Below are positions 12,101-26,354 of a stretch of DNA of 64,000 nucleotides, in pieces (the stretch's first letter is position 1; each line of letters opens with the position of its first letter). The notes below the pieces were generated by a model. It was not told where the DNA came from, searched no databases, and saw only the letters and a list, made by a program, of their open reading frames with translations. The stretch is taken from the NCBI RefSeq assembly GCF_038025025.1, contig NW_027117348.1, positions 868,001 through 932,000 of the forward strand, read 5' to 3'. The translations under genes were made by a program, and so were the position numbers. This stretch comes from Phyllosticta citribraziliensis. Its lineage: Eukaryota.

Positions 12101-15100
12101 GAGTTATTATTCTTATCTATAATAAATAAAGAGCTATAGGGATATTAGCCCCTATTATAAATTAATACTAGATATAATATACCTTTAGACTATAGCTAAT
12201 ATAACTAAGATTAATATAACTAGGACTATAGCTAGTATACTTAGATTAACTATATATAGGCTAATATAGAGGATAGCTAGCCTTACTTCTATTAAATTTA
12301 CTATTATAATAAAGGGATAATATATAGTATATACTATTTTAAGATAGAAGTTCCTCTTAGAAATAGAATCTTTATAAATCTAATAAAGATTATAAAATAT
12401 ATAAGGAAACTAAAGAAGCTAGCTAGATAATAGGGAGCTAAAATCCTATAAGCTATAATTAATAAAATAGTAATTAATAAATAGGTTAGGAATATAGCTA
12501 AGTAGGTAAAAACTAATAAAACTAGGAATATATCTAATAAGGATATCCTAGGTATAATCCTACTAGTAAATATACCTTAGTAGCTAAGATAACTAGCTAT
12601 TATTAGTCTATTAGATAGTAATATTAAAGAGCCTATAGTCTCTAGTAAAGAGCCTACCTAAGAGCCTAATTTAGATAAACTATAAAGAGTAACTATAGAG
12701 GATACTAATAAGGATATATCTAATATTAAAGAAATCCTATAAAATAAGCTAAGTATTATACTTAAGGGATTAGAGAATAATAAGCTAGAGCTACTTAGTA
12801 AAGGGGCCCCCCCTAAGTAGTACTAGGTTAAAACTATTATATTTAGAGACCTATTCTATTATAAATAGTATAAACTAGGACTAAATAGCTAGAGATATAG
12901 AGATATCTTTAATAAGGAGACTATTAGGTATATAAAGGGAATCCTTAGCTAATATAATAATATATAGAAGTTATTTTATACTCCTATTAGTACTAAGATT
13001 ATAGAAGAGGTCTAGGAAATATTTTATAATAATCTATAGGTACTAAATAAGTACCTATATATAATAGATAACCTATAGAAGCTAATATATACTATATATA
13101 TAGAACTAGTTAATAATATTAAAGGGTACTAGTTTAACTCTTCTAATAAGCCTATAGAGTTTAACTTCTCCTAGTATTACCTATTTAAGTAAGAAGATTA
13201 TTTCCTAGATAGGATCTTTATATATTTAAATATACTAACTAATATATTAGTAGCTAAAGGTAAAACTATCTTTAGAATTTTTAACTATATATATATAAGC
13301 CTAGTATTATATATAAGCCTAGTATATACTATAAAGTATATACCTATATAAAGCTTTATTTTATATAGGCCTAATAGTAAGCCCCTATAGGATAGTAAGC
13401 CTATAGACTTATTAATATGTAAGATATACTTTAGTATTAAATTACTAAAGGGATAAAAGGATTCTATAACTATTAATAGAGATAGTAAGCTAAAGCTAAT
13501 AACCTATAAGGAAGTTATATTACTAGTTAAATAGTAGGGCCTTATTATCTACTATATTCTATTATCCTTTATCCTAGTATCCTTTAGTAGCTATATAGTA
13601 TAAGTACTAGTAGATACTAGAGTAAATATAAATAGTATTTCTAAAGTTCTTATAGCTAAATTTAATATCCTAGTATAGAATATACTATCTAATAGATTTA
13701 ATATAACTATAGGATTTATTAATAGTTTAAAGTATAAAATTAAATAATAGGTCCTAAGTTTAGCTATTTAAATAGGAGATTAGTCCTAGAGTACTTATTT
13801 CCTAGTATATAACTAAACTACTATCCCTATTATACTAGGAATACCCTAGATTATCTTAGTAGGTAGTAAATTTAAAACTATACCTACTAGAGTAGTTAAG
13901 CTAAGATTTACCTACCCTATTAATCCTTACTACTATATAGAAATTATTACCTACTAGGTATTCCTATTTATTAAGGGTATTAAGAATACTATATACTATA
14001 TTAGTCTAGTTAGAATCTAAAGTAGTAATTATATATAGGTAGTAAGTAGGACTAGGAAACTAGTAGGTATAATAGTTTAGGGGCTAATTAGTATATAATT
14101 ACTATACTAACTAGTAGGAGGCCTATATAAATAAAATAAATAAAATACTAAAAATACTAATTTAGTATTAGATAATATATTTTTAACTATATATATAATA
14201 GGAGAATAGAGTATTATTTATTATAAGGTATCTTAGTATAGGATATTTCCTACCTATCTTAATACTACTAGATAATAAAACCTATACTAGTATATAGTAT
14301 ATAAATAAAAAGGTATAAAAATAGAGCCTATAGATAACTTAATACTATAGGAGGAGTTATTAAATATAATTAAGAGGTAGAAAACTAAAGAAACTATAAT
14401 TACTAAGTAGACTACTATACTAGTAAGGGACCTTTAGGGCTAGGGATAATTTACCTACTTATTCTATCCTAGGATTACTATCTTTTAGCTAGGTATATAC
14501 CTTATATAAGAAAGGCTAGTTAGCCTTATTACTAGTAATAATCTTTAGCTAAGAGATTAGGAACTAATACTAGAAATACTATATAGTAGGGAGGGAGCTA
14601 TCTTATTTAACCTTTCTAAAATAGGATAAGTTAAACTAATAGTAATATATAGGTTCCCTATTAGGATAATACTATATAAGGCCTAGAGAGTTAGAGTATT
14701 ATATATTTTATTAGCTAAAATATAATATATATTTAACTTACTTACTACTTAGTAAGATATAGGGATTATTAAATACTACTCTAGTTATTATTATAATCCC
14801 TAGATAGTCTTACCTAAGAAGAATAGTATATATAGGTAGATTAATAATCTATAAATATTAAATAATATTACTATTTAAGATACTAGTATACTAGGACTAA
14901 TAGATAACTATATAGAGTACTAAGGAGGTCTTATAATATATACCCTTATAGACCTATACTCTAGTTTTAATTAGTTTATAGTTACTAAAAAGTACTAGGA
15001 CCTTACTAGATTTATTACTCCCTAGGGATACTAGTATAACTATATACTTTCCTAAGGTATAACTAATTCTCTAGGATAAGTAGTTTATAGCCTAAGATAT

Positions 15101-16743
15101 ATACTAGATAACTAGTAAGATAAGTCTAACCTTTTTATAAATAATATTATAGAAGGCTAATAAAGGAGCTAGTATAATAATATAGAAAGTATAGTTATAG
15201 GGGTTAGGTAATTTATACTTAAGTATATCTAGGATATTAATAATATATTATAGAACCTAGAACTAGCTAAACTTATAATCTTAAGAGAGAAGTCCTTCTT
15301 TAGTATACTAGAAGTAGAAGTTATTAGGTTTAGATATAGAGAGTTTAGATAATTACCTACTAATTTAAAAGTAGGTAAGATTAATTATTAGGATACTTCC
15401 TAGGATCTTAAATTACTATGAGGCTTCCTAGGAGTAACTACCTATTTCTACTATTAGGTTAAGGAGTACTTATATAAAGTAGTACTACTATATACTCTAA
15501 TATAGAAAAATATACTATTTATATAGGAAATAAAGTATAATAAGGTTATAGCTAAAATTAAGAAAGCTATTATAATAGTACCTACTCTAGTATCTATTAT
15601 ATATAGAGAGGAGTCTACTAGGGATATTATTATAGCTATAGATAGTAGTAGTATAGGATAGAGAGTAGTTTTAATATAAGAGAAGGATAGTACTAGGTAT
15701 CTAGTATAGTATAAGAGTAGTATCTAGTCTAGGATAAAATCCTTTTATAACTCTAGAAAGCTAGAATACTAAGTACTAGTATATATAATTATTAGGTTTA
15801 AACTATAGTTATTTAGTTAGTACTTCTTAGTTAAAATAGACTATTATATCCTATAGGATTACCTAAATAGTAGGACTAAATCTATAATAGATAGAGTCCT
15901 TAAGTAGTAGCTTAGCTAGCTATCTATATAGGATTTTAAGATACTATATATTACTAGGTTAAAGAATAGGGTAGTAGATATACTATTAAAAAGGCTAAAC
16001 TTTAAAGAGTTAAGTAAGGAAGACCTATAGAAATAAGTAAAGAAGATAGAAGATAAAATTAATAAGTTATTATTATCTCTATAGCTAAGTATATATATAG
16101 TTAGTTCTATAGATCTCCTACTAATTATCCTCTAGGCTAGGGGGGAGTTAATATTAGCTAATTAAATACCTATACTAGGCCCCTCTAGTCTATTAGGAGA
16201 GGTTATTCTATATAGAGTACTATATAAAGAGTACTCCTAAGAATTAGAGGATTTAGCTAAATTTATTACCTATAGCCTACTCCTACCTAAAGTTAAGTAA
16301 TTAGAAGCCTAGAAATAGTAATAGAAGGCCTATAGGTACTAGGTCTATAACTAGTACCTATTTTAGTAATTATTAAAGAATATACTACTAAAATAAGTAG
16401 TAGATAACCCTACTATCTAAAAATAGATAGTATAATAACTATATTATAAGTTTAGCTATTATACTAAAGAAGGAATATTTAGGAAAGTCTTAGATTAGTA
16501 CTTTTAGGAAGGCCTATAGACTAAGTATAAATAAGAATACTAAAATTACTAGACCTACTTATTTTATAACTTATTATATAATAAGGAGGCCCTCTACCTA
16601 TCTCTTAAGATACTAATTCTAGGAGATAAGTAGTATATAGATATTATCTATATACTTAGAGGCTTCTATATTAATATATAAGAAGTAGTCTCTAGCTAGG
16701 TTAAAGGATAAATCTTATATTTATCTAAAGCTACCCTAATAAC

Positions 16744-17136
16744 TGTCACGACTTATAGAGTCCTCGTTTTATAGGTTAGGGCTAAAGGTAAACTGCTAGA
16801 GAATGTATATATATCTTAATTAAATATAATAAGTTAAAAGAATAAAATATAAAAGATACTTACTTCCTATCTATTTCCTAGCCTTCTCTTTATACCTTTC
16901 TAGCTTTCTGACCTTTATATAAGGGTTAATAGTTATTATTAGGTTATTCCTAAAGGTGAGGTATTAATAGGTAGCTATACTATATCTACCTAAGGCTATA
17001 GTAGCTAGTAGTAGCCTAAGGTGTAGCTAGTATTTAGCCTAAGGCTATAGTAGCTGGTACCTTATAACTATATAATACTAGGTTTATCTATACTAGCCTT
17101 AGTACTTATATAGGTGTATAAACGCCTATTATAATA
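16744..17136 (-). repeat. 3' LTR of element A (393 bp)
   Basis: Direct repeat of 24419-24803 with an 8-bp insertion; adjacent to the PPT. Confidence 0.95.
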
Positions 17137-17822
17137 TACCCCCCCTAAAGAGAAGCTAAAATTATAGGAATTAGTAGCTATAGGTGCTTATATAGGTATA
17201 GACTTATAATATATAGTAGTAGTATTTAGTAATTTAGGCATTCTATATAGTTATAAAGTATAATTATTAGTCTAGCTTTATTACTATACTATCTTTCTCT
17301 ATTACTACCTTCTATTACTGTATAATCTATAGAAGGTTACTATCTATCTTAGCTATATCTAGAGCTCTCTACTAAAGTATATTATTATCCTATCTAAATT
17401 AGCTATAATCTAGTAAACTAATAGTTATATAAAGGCTTAAAGGAGCTATACTCTATAGAGAGTAAAGAGGAAGGCCCTATACTAGCAGGTTAGTAGTAGC
17501 TAGTTACTTAGTAGCCTATTACTTATTAGCCTATTACTTATTAAGATTTATTACTATTATATAATACTTATTATACTATTCCATTATTATATAGTATTAC
17601 TTATAACCTATTATAGTTACTACTTACTTAAAGAGCTATCCTAGCCTATAGTATCTATTAAGACCATTATATAGAGTAGCCTTATAGTAAGTAGGCCTCT
17701 TATCTTTAAGATTATTACTAATTATTATCTAGGTTCTAGAGGACCACCCTATACCTAGGTAGCTTTATATATTCAGGTTTTACTACTTTATCATCTAATT
17801 TTACTAACTAATATAATTATAG

Positions 17823-18848
17823 AGGAGAATATTTACACTACTTACATAAATATATAGTCAGGCTAGGCTTTACTTATTTAGCCAGGACTAGTATCAGGCC
17901 TATTACTTTACTAGTACTATCTAGCAGCATTATTAGTTATTATATAAGGTTTATTATTATTAGCTATACAGCCTACTTCTAACTAGCCTGCTTTACCTAC
18001 TCTTATACTATATTATTATCACTTCACTATTATATAGCCTATCTTAGAGGAAGAAGATAAGGAGCCTATTTATATATACTATTATTATAATCCTATAGCT
18101 TATCAGGTCCTAGCAGTTAAGTACTTAGTACCTATTAGTTTATATAATAGTAATAATAGTAAGATTTATATTATAGTATTACTAGTTGGTTTTAATAAAG
18201 CACCTATTAAGTAGGACTTTAAATAGATACTTTATATTCCTTATAAGAATATAGAGAGTATTATATAAGTAAGTTTACTTTACTAATACTAGGATTTCTT
18301 AACTGACTATATAGGCTTACCTAGGTAGCTATAAAGTATAAGAGCGTACTAAATGTATTCTGGCCTTAGGAGATAGTATACCTTACTTATATATTATAAT
18401 TTCTACTTATAACTTTAACTACTTATTAATTAAAACTTATACTAGCTTATGCGATACTTTTCTTATCTAGTATACTAGAATTAATAATCCTATTAGCTAT
18501 ACTAAGTATTATAATAATACTAATACTTATATATTTATTAGTTATTATTACCTGCCTAGTTTCTTATAGGGCTACTATACTAACTACCTTTAAGGTATAG
18601 GTAATCTTAACTATACTATTAGTAACTTAAAAGGTATAAAGCTGCCTGCCTAGTATAAAAGGTATAGTAATAAGATTTATATAGGAGAGTTTCTAGGCTT
18701 ATATAACTAAGCTATACCTAATAATTAGACTAATTATACCTTAGCTAAGTAGGATAGCTTACCTAATAAGCTAGAGGAGCTAGAGGAGACTATCTTATAT
18801 AACTATAGTTATATTAAGAAGAAGGGAAAGGGAAAGGGAAAGAAGTAA
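17823..18848 (+). pseudogene. RIP-inactivated antisense spliced ORF in element A with a DUF3716-like Cys-rich domain
   Basis: Phase-0 intron 18269-18314 (GTAAGT...ACTGAC...TAG) joins two low-stop frames. 18450-18620 de-RIPs to DAFLIQRTG...CTKC...FVGCRRLPGFLQGCCANC...C. The frame ends KKKGKGKGKK-TAA at 18848. A second intron at 17777-17822 is possible, so the 5' end is unresolved. Confidence 0.72.
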
Positions 18849-21800
18849 AGTAAAGGGATAGCTAGGAATAGTCCTAAGTAGTAAAAAGGAGAGACTAGAG
18901 AGTAGAAGTTAAAGTTAATAGTATTTATATAAGGGTAGATAGTAAACTAATTAGTCTACTTTCTATATCTTTATAATATTTACTTTAGGCCTAAGTAACT
19001 TATTTTATTATTACTTTCTATTTCTATCTATAGTTCTTCTTATAGGAAGGTAGTCTTCCATTTTTCTAGGTTTTTTAGTAGTCCTACTATAGCTAGGTAA
19101 GAAGAGTAAAACTCTTTAATTTTCTATAGTATACTACTAAAAGAACTTATATTATACTACTAATTATCCTAGTTATATCTAGTCTATTAGACTTAGTATT
19201 AGAGCTTTCTATATAAGACTTAGCTAGCTTAAATATAGTCTACTTCCTACTTAGGCTTATCTTAAATAACCTCTAGTCCTAGTTTAGTATACTCTTATCC
19301 TAGAAGTTTCTCTATTAAGGCTTTATAGAGTCTATTAGCGTGAAAAAGGTTAACTATCTTTATATATAAGGGAAGATCTAGGATATAGGAGGATCCTTCT
19401 ATCTCTATAATCTTAAAAGGTCTAATATTAGGGAAGTCTAATTTAAGGGTTAGCTAATTAGTAGACCACCCTATTTTCTTAATATAAATATAATCTCTAA
19501 TTATAAAGTCTAGTATATAATAGTACTTATTAGCTTATTAGTATATATACTCCTAGGATTTAAGAATAAGATTCTTTATAAATTTAAAAGCTTCTTATCT
19601 TCTTTTTTATAGTATTTATACTACTATATAAGGTCTATTAAGGGTAGAAGGTCTAACTAGTTATTCTAGAAATAATTAATAAAAGGTCTTAGCCTTTATA
19701 TAAGGTACTAATTAATAATTTCTATAATACTATTAGTTTAAGAGTAATATAAGGAGTTAAAATACTATTTAATACTAGTAAGCTTATATAGTTTATTTAT
19801 AAATATAGAGATAAATTATAGGCCTTAGTTAGAAAGGATAGATTTAGGGTTTCTATAGATATAGTAGATATATTTATAAAAGAGTCTAGAGACTCCTTCT
19901 ATATTAATCTTCTTTATATAAGGTAAACTAAAGGTTTATTAACTTAACTAGTCTACTATAATAAGGATTATATTATAACCTTTCTAGTCCTTAGGTATCT
20001 CTTTAAAATCTATAGCTAAGTATTACTATAGTTAAGTAGGAATCTCTAGAGGTTATAAAAGGCCTAGGTCTTTATTATAGAACTCCTTTATTTAGTAGTA
20101 GATATAGTATCCCTATCTATAAATATTAATTATATAATTTATAGCTAGCTAGTAGTAATATTATTTAAAGAGTTTATATATCTTTATAATACTAGGATAG
20201 ATAGTAATATAGGTAGTATATAAGATATTAAGTATTCTTATATAGAGGTTATTATAATCTAGTATAAAGAGGGTACTATATTATAATAAAAGACTATCCT
20301 TTAGTTCCTAACTATTTCTTTATTTAAGGTCTTCTAATAGAGCTTTTTATCTCTAGGGTTCTAATTTAGAATCCTCTCTATTTATATAGAGGAGTTTATC
20401 TAAAAATAATACTAGAGGAGGAAGGTCTTATTCTAGAATAGAAAGGGGAATAATAGTTTCTAGAGGGATAAGGTATATTTCTTATATAGCTTTTACTTTT
20501 TCTTTTTAAGTCTTTAGGTCTTCTTATTTTTAAATAAGGTAATTAGTAATAATATTTTCCTTTCCTAGCTAATAGGAGAATTATATATAGAATTCTATAA
20601 AGAACTTAGACTATCTAGCTTATTATTAATTAAGTTATTATTTAGTAGAGTAGTACTCTAATACTTAGTAGTCTATAATTATAAGGAAGGGTTTTTTAAG
20701 GCTAATAAGTATTAGTCTCTATTCTTCTAGTCTATTCTTAATAGCTAGTAGTTCTTTATCTAAGATACTATAATAAAGTTCTATATTAGCTATTACCTTA
20801 GAGTAGAAAGCTACTAGTTTCTAATTATATAAAGGTTATTAGAGCTATATTAAAATACTAGTAGTAACTCTATTACTTATATTAGTCTCTATATAAGTAT
20901 CTAGAGTAGGGTTATAATTTACTAGAAGTATATTACTATATATTAGCTTCTTAAGTTATTAAATTATCTCTTCTTCTAGTAGTCCTAGTTATTACTATTT
21001 TACCTTAGAGTATAGTTTCTCTAATAGCCTACTAATTTATCTATAGTTAGGAAGAAATTATTAGTAGAAATTATAGAAACCTAGGAAGGATTAAAGAGCC
21101 TTAAGAGTCTAAGGTATTAGCTAGTTTTATATAGGTTCTACTTTATCTAGGTCTATTTAAATACCTTCTATAGATATAATATATCTAAGAAACTTTATAT
21201 AAGTAACTAAAAACTTACTCTTCTTAAGATCTACTTAGAGTCTAGCTTTTTATAGTCTTACTAGTACTTTTCTTACTTATAGTTTATATTCTATAGGGTC
21301 TTTAGAGATAATAAGTATATTATCTATAAAAGCTATAATAAAGTTATCTAAATACTTAAAGAGAACTTAGTTAACAAATTATTAAAAGGCTATAGGTCTA
21401 TTACTTAATCTAAAGGGAAGGATATAGTATTTAAATAAACTATATCTTATATAGAAAGTAGTCTTATCTTTAGAATCCTTAGTAAGATAAATATAGTAGA
21501 AAGCTTATTAAATATCTAGCTTTATATAAATCTTACCCTTTTTAATATACTAGAGTAACTTAGAAATAAGAGGAAGAGGGTATAAATCCTTAGTAGTTTA
21601 TTTATTAAGCTATTAGTAATTTATATAAAACCTCTATCTACTACTAGGCTTTTTTACTACTAGAATAGAAGAAGTAAAGATAATAAAGCTTTTAATAATA
21701 AAGCCCTTCTATATATTCTCTATAATATACTCTTTTATAGCTCTTAGCTACTTAAGAGATATTCTATAAAGAGGACTAGGAGGAAGCTCTAGTAGACCCT

Positions 21801-24418
21801 TATATATAAGAGATATTTTATAGTTAACTCCTATATAATAGGGTAGTAGCTTATTAGAATCTATTTTAGAAAATATATCTTAAAAATCCTTATAAGTAGA
21901 AGGTAGTTTAGAAGCTAATAATTCCTTAATTTCTTTATCTTTAATAGCTTATTAAACTTATATAAGGTTTATAGTATAGATCTCTATTAGTATAACTTAT
22001 ATTTTATAGATAGAAAGTTTAAAAGTATCTTAAGTTTAAAATTTAATTCTATTAATAACCTATACTAAGGGAAGAAGGTATTTATTAAAGCTTTTATCTC
22101 TATAGTCTATATCTACCTAGTATTTTTTCTATAGTATATTACTTTATATAGAAACCTTTAGTAGTTATAAAAGATATTAAAAGGATTAGTTAACTAGTAG
22201 CTATCTCTAGACTAGTTTATATTATTTATAGTTAGGAAGAATATTATACTAGTTAAAAAACTATTACCTAAGAATTATATTATTCTAGCTAATATTATAA
22301 ATAAAAGTATAAGTAGAAACTATTTAATCCTAGAAATAGAGTTATAAATAGAAGTAGAAATTAACTTTCTTATTTATATATTAGTTAAACCTAGTAATAT
22401 TAAGCCTATTACCTATTATTCTCTTTTTTATAGTACCTATAGACTAAAGAGTTAGTAGTAACTTAGGGTAGATAAAACTTATACCTCTAGTACTAGTATT
22501 AGCTAGGGTATAAATTTCTAAGGTATAGCTATTAGATATAATTAAGGTTTATATAGTAAATAGTATACCTTTAATAAAGTAACTAAGATTTATATAAGAA
22601 CCCTTAATATATACTACTCTAAATTTAGACCTAAGGTAGGAGACTTTATCTAGGCCTTATTATTTTCTAATAATAATAGTTCTTCTTTACCTATATAAAT
22701 ATCTTTAGTACTCTCTTCTTCTACTAACTCTATTACCTTTATCTCTAGTCATAGGTATTATCTCTATAGATAGCTAAACTGGCTATAATAATTATATAGT
22801 CTAATTTCTATATAGACTTTAGCTTTACTATTATAGGCTATATTATATAAAGAAGCCCTTAAGATAGATTATACCTAAGTATAGCTAGAAGATAAGGTAC
22901 TTATACTACCTAAGGTAGTAGTCTTTACTCTCTCTTACTATCTTTTCTTAGCTTATTCCTTATATAAGGTAAGTATTAGTTTTCTATAGTTAGATTAGTA
23001 ATTATTAAGACTTTAAATAATAGGATAGGCTTATTAGAGGTACTTATAAAAGTTAATATCCTTATCTTACTCTATAGTAACTATATAGGTTTAGAGGAGT
23101 AGATCTATTATATTATAAAAGTCCTCTTTCTATTATTCTTAAGGAAGGTCTATATCTAAGGCTAACTATATAAAGTTAGATTAAAACTTCTAAAGGTCTA
23201 TAGGAATATAGTATATAAGTAAGTATAACTACTTCTTTATATCCTTATACTTATATATACTCTAGAGAAGGTTATCTAGGAATTTAAAGATATCCTTATC
23301 TAGAGTAACCTTATTAGCCTTTATATAAGAAGTAAGAAAAGGAGTTAAGTATTATAAGACTTCTCTACTAATATAGGAGATAATATATCCTATAATATTC
23401 TATTTAGTCTCCTCTACTATACTTTTAGTAAAATAATTATAGTTTTATTTAATTTTATTTTAAATAAGAAGAGTCTAGTATTTATATAAGGGGTCTTCTC
23501 TATTAGTAAGAAGAGGAGGATTAGGAACCTTTTTATTTCTATATTTCTTATTAGAGGTAGAAGTAGAAGTCTTAATAGTAGTTTTCTTTATATAAATAGG
23601 AGAGGGTCTAAGAGTCCTTTATACTCTATTAGTAGAAGGATCTTATAAGAGGGTAATAGGTCTTAGGCTCTAGCCTAACTTTAAGGGCCTAATATATCCT
23701 TTCTTTAAGGCTTCCCTTAGGCTATTAGTATAATTTAAGAGTATTTACTTAAGAGCCTAGTTTTACCTTTATATATAATTTAATTACTACTATACTTAAG
23801 GCTTATTTAAGGGTATAATCTTAGACTTAAATTACTTAATTTCTAAAAGTAGTACCTTTATAAATACCTCTATAACTAGAGCTTTTATTATATAATTTAG
23901 TCCTAGGTCTTAAGTATACTCCTTTATTTCTACTAGTCTAACTATATAGAAATTATAAAGGAGAATTAGAGGAGGTCCTCTTTTATTATTATTTAATAGG
24001 AGTCTAGGGTTATATAAATCTTTAGTTCCTTTATATAAATCTTATTAAGTAGATTAACTAGTACTAATACCTTCTATAGTACTAGATATATTAGCTTTAT
24101 TCTTAGCTATACTATCTTAGTAGTCTTCTACTTAGAATATCCCTTAAGTAGGTTATAGATAGGATACCTTCTAAAGGTTTATATACTACCCTATAGCCTT
24201 AAATAAAGACTTCTATAATTAATATATACTTAATACTCCTTAGTCCTTAGATAATACTAATATACCTAATAAGGATAACTTAGGTTTACTAGGGAAAAGT
24301 AATAAGTAGTCTTATATAAGACTATAGCTATATATAATATTACTTAGGTTAAATATTATAATACCTTTATAGGTAAAGAAGTAGGATAGAGCTAATACTT
24401 AGAATAATCTTTTATATC

Positions 24419-24803
24419 TATTATAACTTATAGAATTCTTATTTTATAGGTTAGGGCTAAAGGTAAACTACTAGAGAATATCTTAATTAAATATAATAAG
24501 TTAAAAGAATAAAATATAAAAGATACTTACTTCCTATCTATTTTCTAGCCTTCTCTTTATACCTTTCTAGCTTTCTAACCTTTATATAAGGGTTAATAGT
24601 TATTATTAGGTTATTCCTAAAGGTGAGGTATTAATAGGTAGCTATACTATATCTATCTAAGGCTATAGTGGCTAGTAGTAGCCTAAGGTATAGCTAGTAT
24701 TTAGCCTAAGGCTATAGTGGCTGGTGCCTTATAACTGTGTAATACTGGGTTTATCTATACTAGCCTTAGTGCTTGTATAGGCGCGTAAACGCCTATCGTG
24801 ACA
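24419..24803 (-). repeat. 5' LTR of element A (385 bp)
   Basis: Direct repeat of 16744-17136; outer end TCGTGACA intact, followed by the TSD. Confidence 0.95.
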
Positions 24804-26354
24804 ATAACTAATTTCCTATATAAAGAGCTAATTTATTACTATAGTATATTTTAATATCTTATTATAGATAGAGGTAGTAAGAATCTAAGCTATATTATAT
24901 ATCTAAAATTAATAGTTTAGTATACTACCTAGAGTTAAATAGTATAGTTAAAAGAGGATATAGATAAATTAATAATTTACTAGCTAAGCTATCTATTAGA
25001 GGTACTAAATCCTAGAGACTATATTTTTATAGTATTCTATAGGCTAATAGGACTATAATATATAGAATAACTAGAATAACTCCTATAGAGGTCTTATATA
25101 GGAGGGACTATATACTCTCTATTAAAATAGAGATACCTATATAGTAGCTTATACTATAATAGGATATAAAGAGTATAGGAGACCTATTTACCTTATAAGT
25201 AAAGTAAATTAACTTATATAATAAGAAGCTCTAAGAGATTATATTATAAGTATATTATTTATAGGAGTAGAATAAAGAATAGTTTAATAGCTACTACCTA
25301 TAAGTTAGAGAAGTAATAGATAAGGGATTTAATAAGGGAGATTAGGTACTACTCTACTATACTAAGCTTAAGAATAAGTATAATATAAAGCTTTACTTCT
25401 TCTAGAAGGGGCTATTTAAAATCTATAAGGCTAATAGAGAAATTAGTACTTATTAGCTTAAAGAACTTAATAGAGAGAAAGTAGTAAATCTAATTATAAG
25501 AGATAGACTTAAGAAGTTTATTAATAGTAATAAGGACCTAGTTAAAATAATCTACTAATAGGTTAACCTACTATTAAGAACTAGTAGGAGTTAGTAGGAT
25601 TAATTATTATACCTATTATACCTATTAAATAGACCTTAGCCTAAAACTAGGATTATATACCCTAAGACCCTAAAGGGTATATCTATTCTATAGTATTATA
25701 AGTAAGTATTAGACTAGTATAAGGCTATTAATAATAGCTAGGATAGTAAAGATAAAAACCTAGATAAATTAAGTAAGTAGGATATCTTAATCTTTAGAGT
25801 TTTAGTATTTTAAGGTAAAGTTTACATATTTAAGGGAGATAGCAGTATTAAGAAAGTTTAAATTAATAAGGATATAGTAAGTTTAATATTAATAGGCTAA
25901 TAATAAATCTTACCTATTATAGTTTAATACTTTACTAATAACTCCCCCCTAGGACTAGGGGATAGTTTTTAGGCTAATTAGAAGCTATAAAATAACTCTA
26001 TACTATATATAAGTTTATATATCCTTAAAAATCTTTAGGACCCTAATAACTAAACTATTAGGCCCTAAGCTAAAAATATTCCTTTATTATAACTATAAGT
26101 AGGAATGGAGTTTTAGTATTATTATTTAGTATACTAAGCTAATAAGGATATAATATATAACTATAAGCTAGCCCTTATATTAGTTTAGTACTACTCCTTA
26201 TTAAGTATCTTACTTCTAAGTAGTTATTTCTCTTACTTATAGTATAATATCTTAGAATTTTCCTAATTAGGATTAGTATAGGTAGTACTTTTACTAAAGA
26301 ACTACTACCTAACCCTTATAACTACCACCCTTATAATAATTCTCCCCTACTATC

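Larger units (their letters stand above)
16744..24803 (-). mobile_element. Element A: full-length (8060 bp) RIP'd Ty3/gypsy chromovirus
   Basis: Termini TGTCACGA...TCGTGACA with TSD ATAAC (16739-16743, 24804-24808). PPT complement TACCCCCCC at 17137. Minus strand: zinc knuckle 22796-22755, protease LADTG ~22500, RT PFGLSNGP ~21400 and F.DDILI ~21320, RNase H, integrase, chromodomain YQV.WTGYDQD ~19100-19260. Confidence 0.95.
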
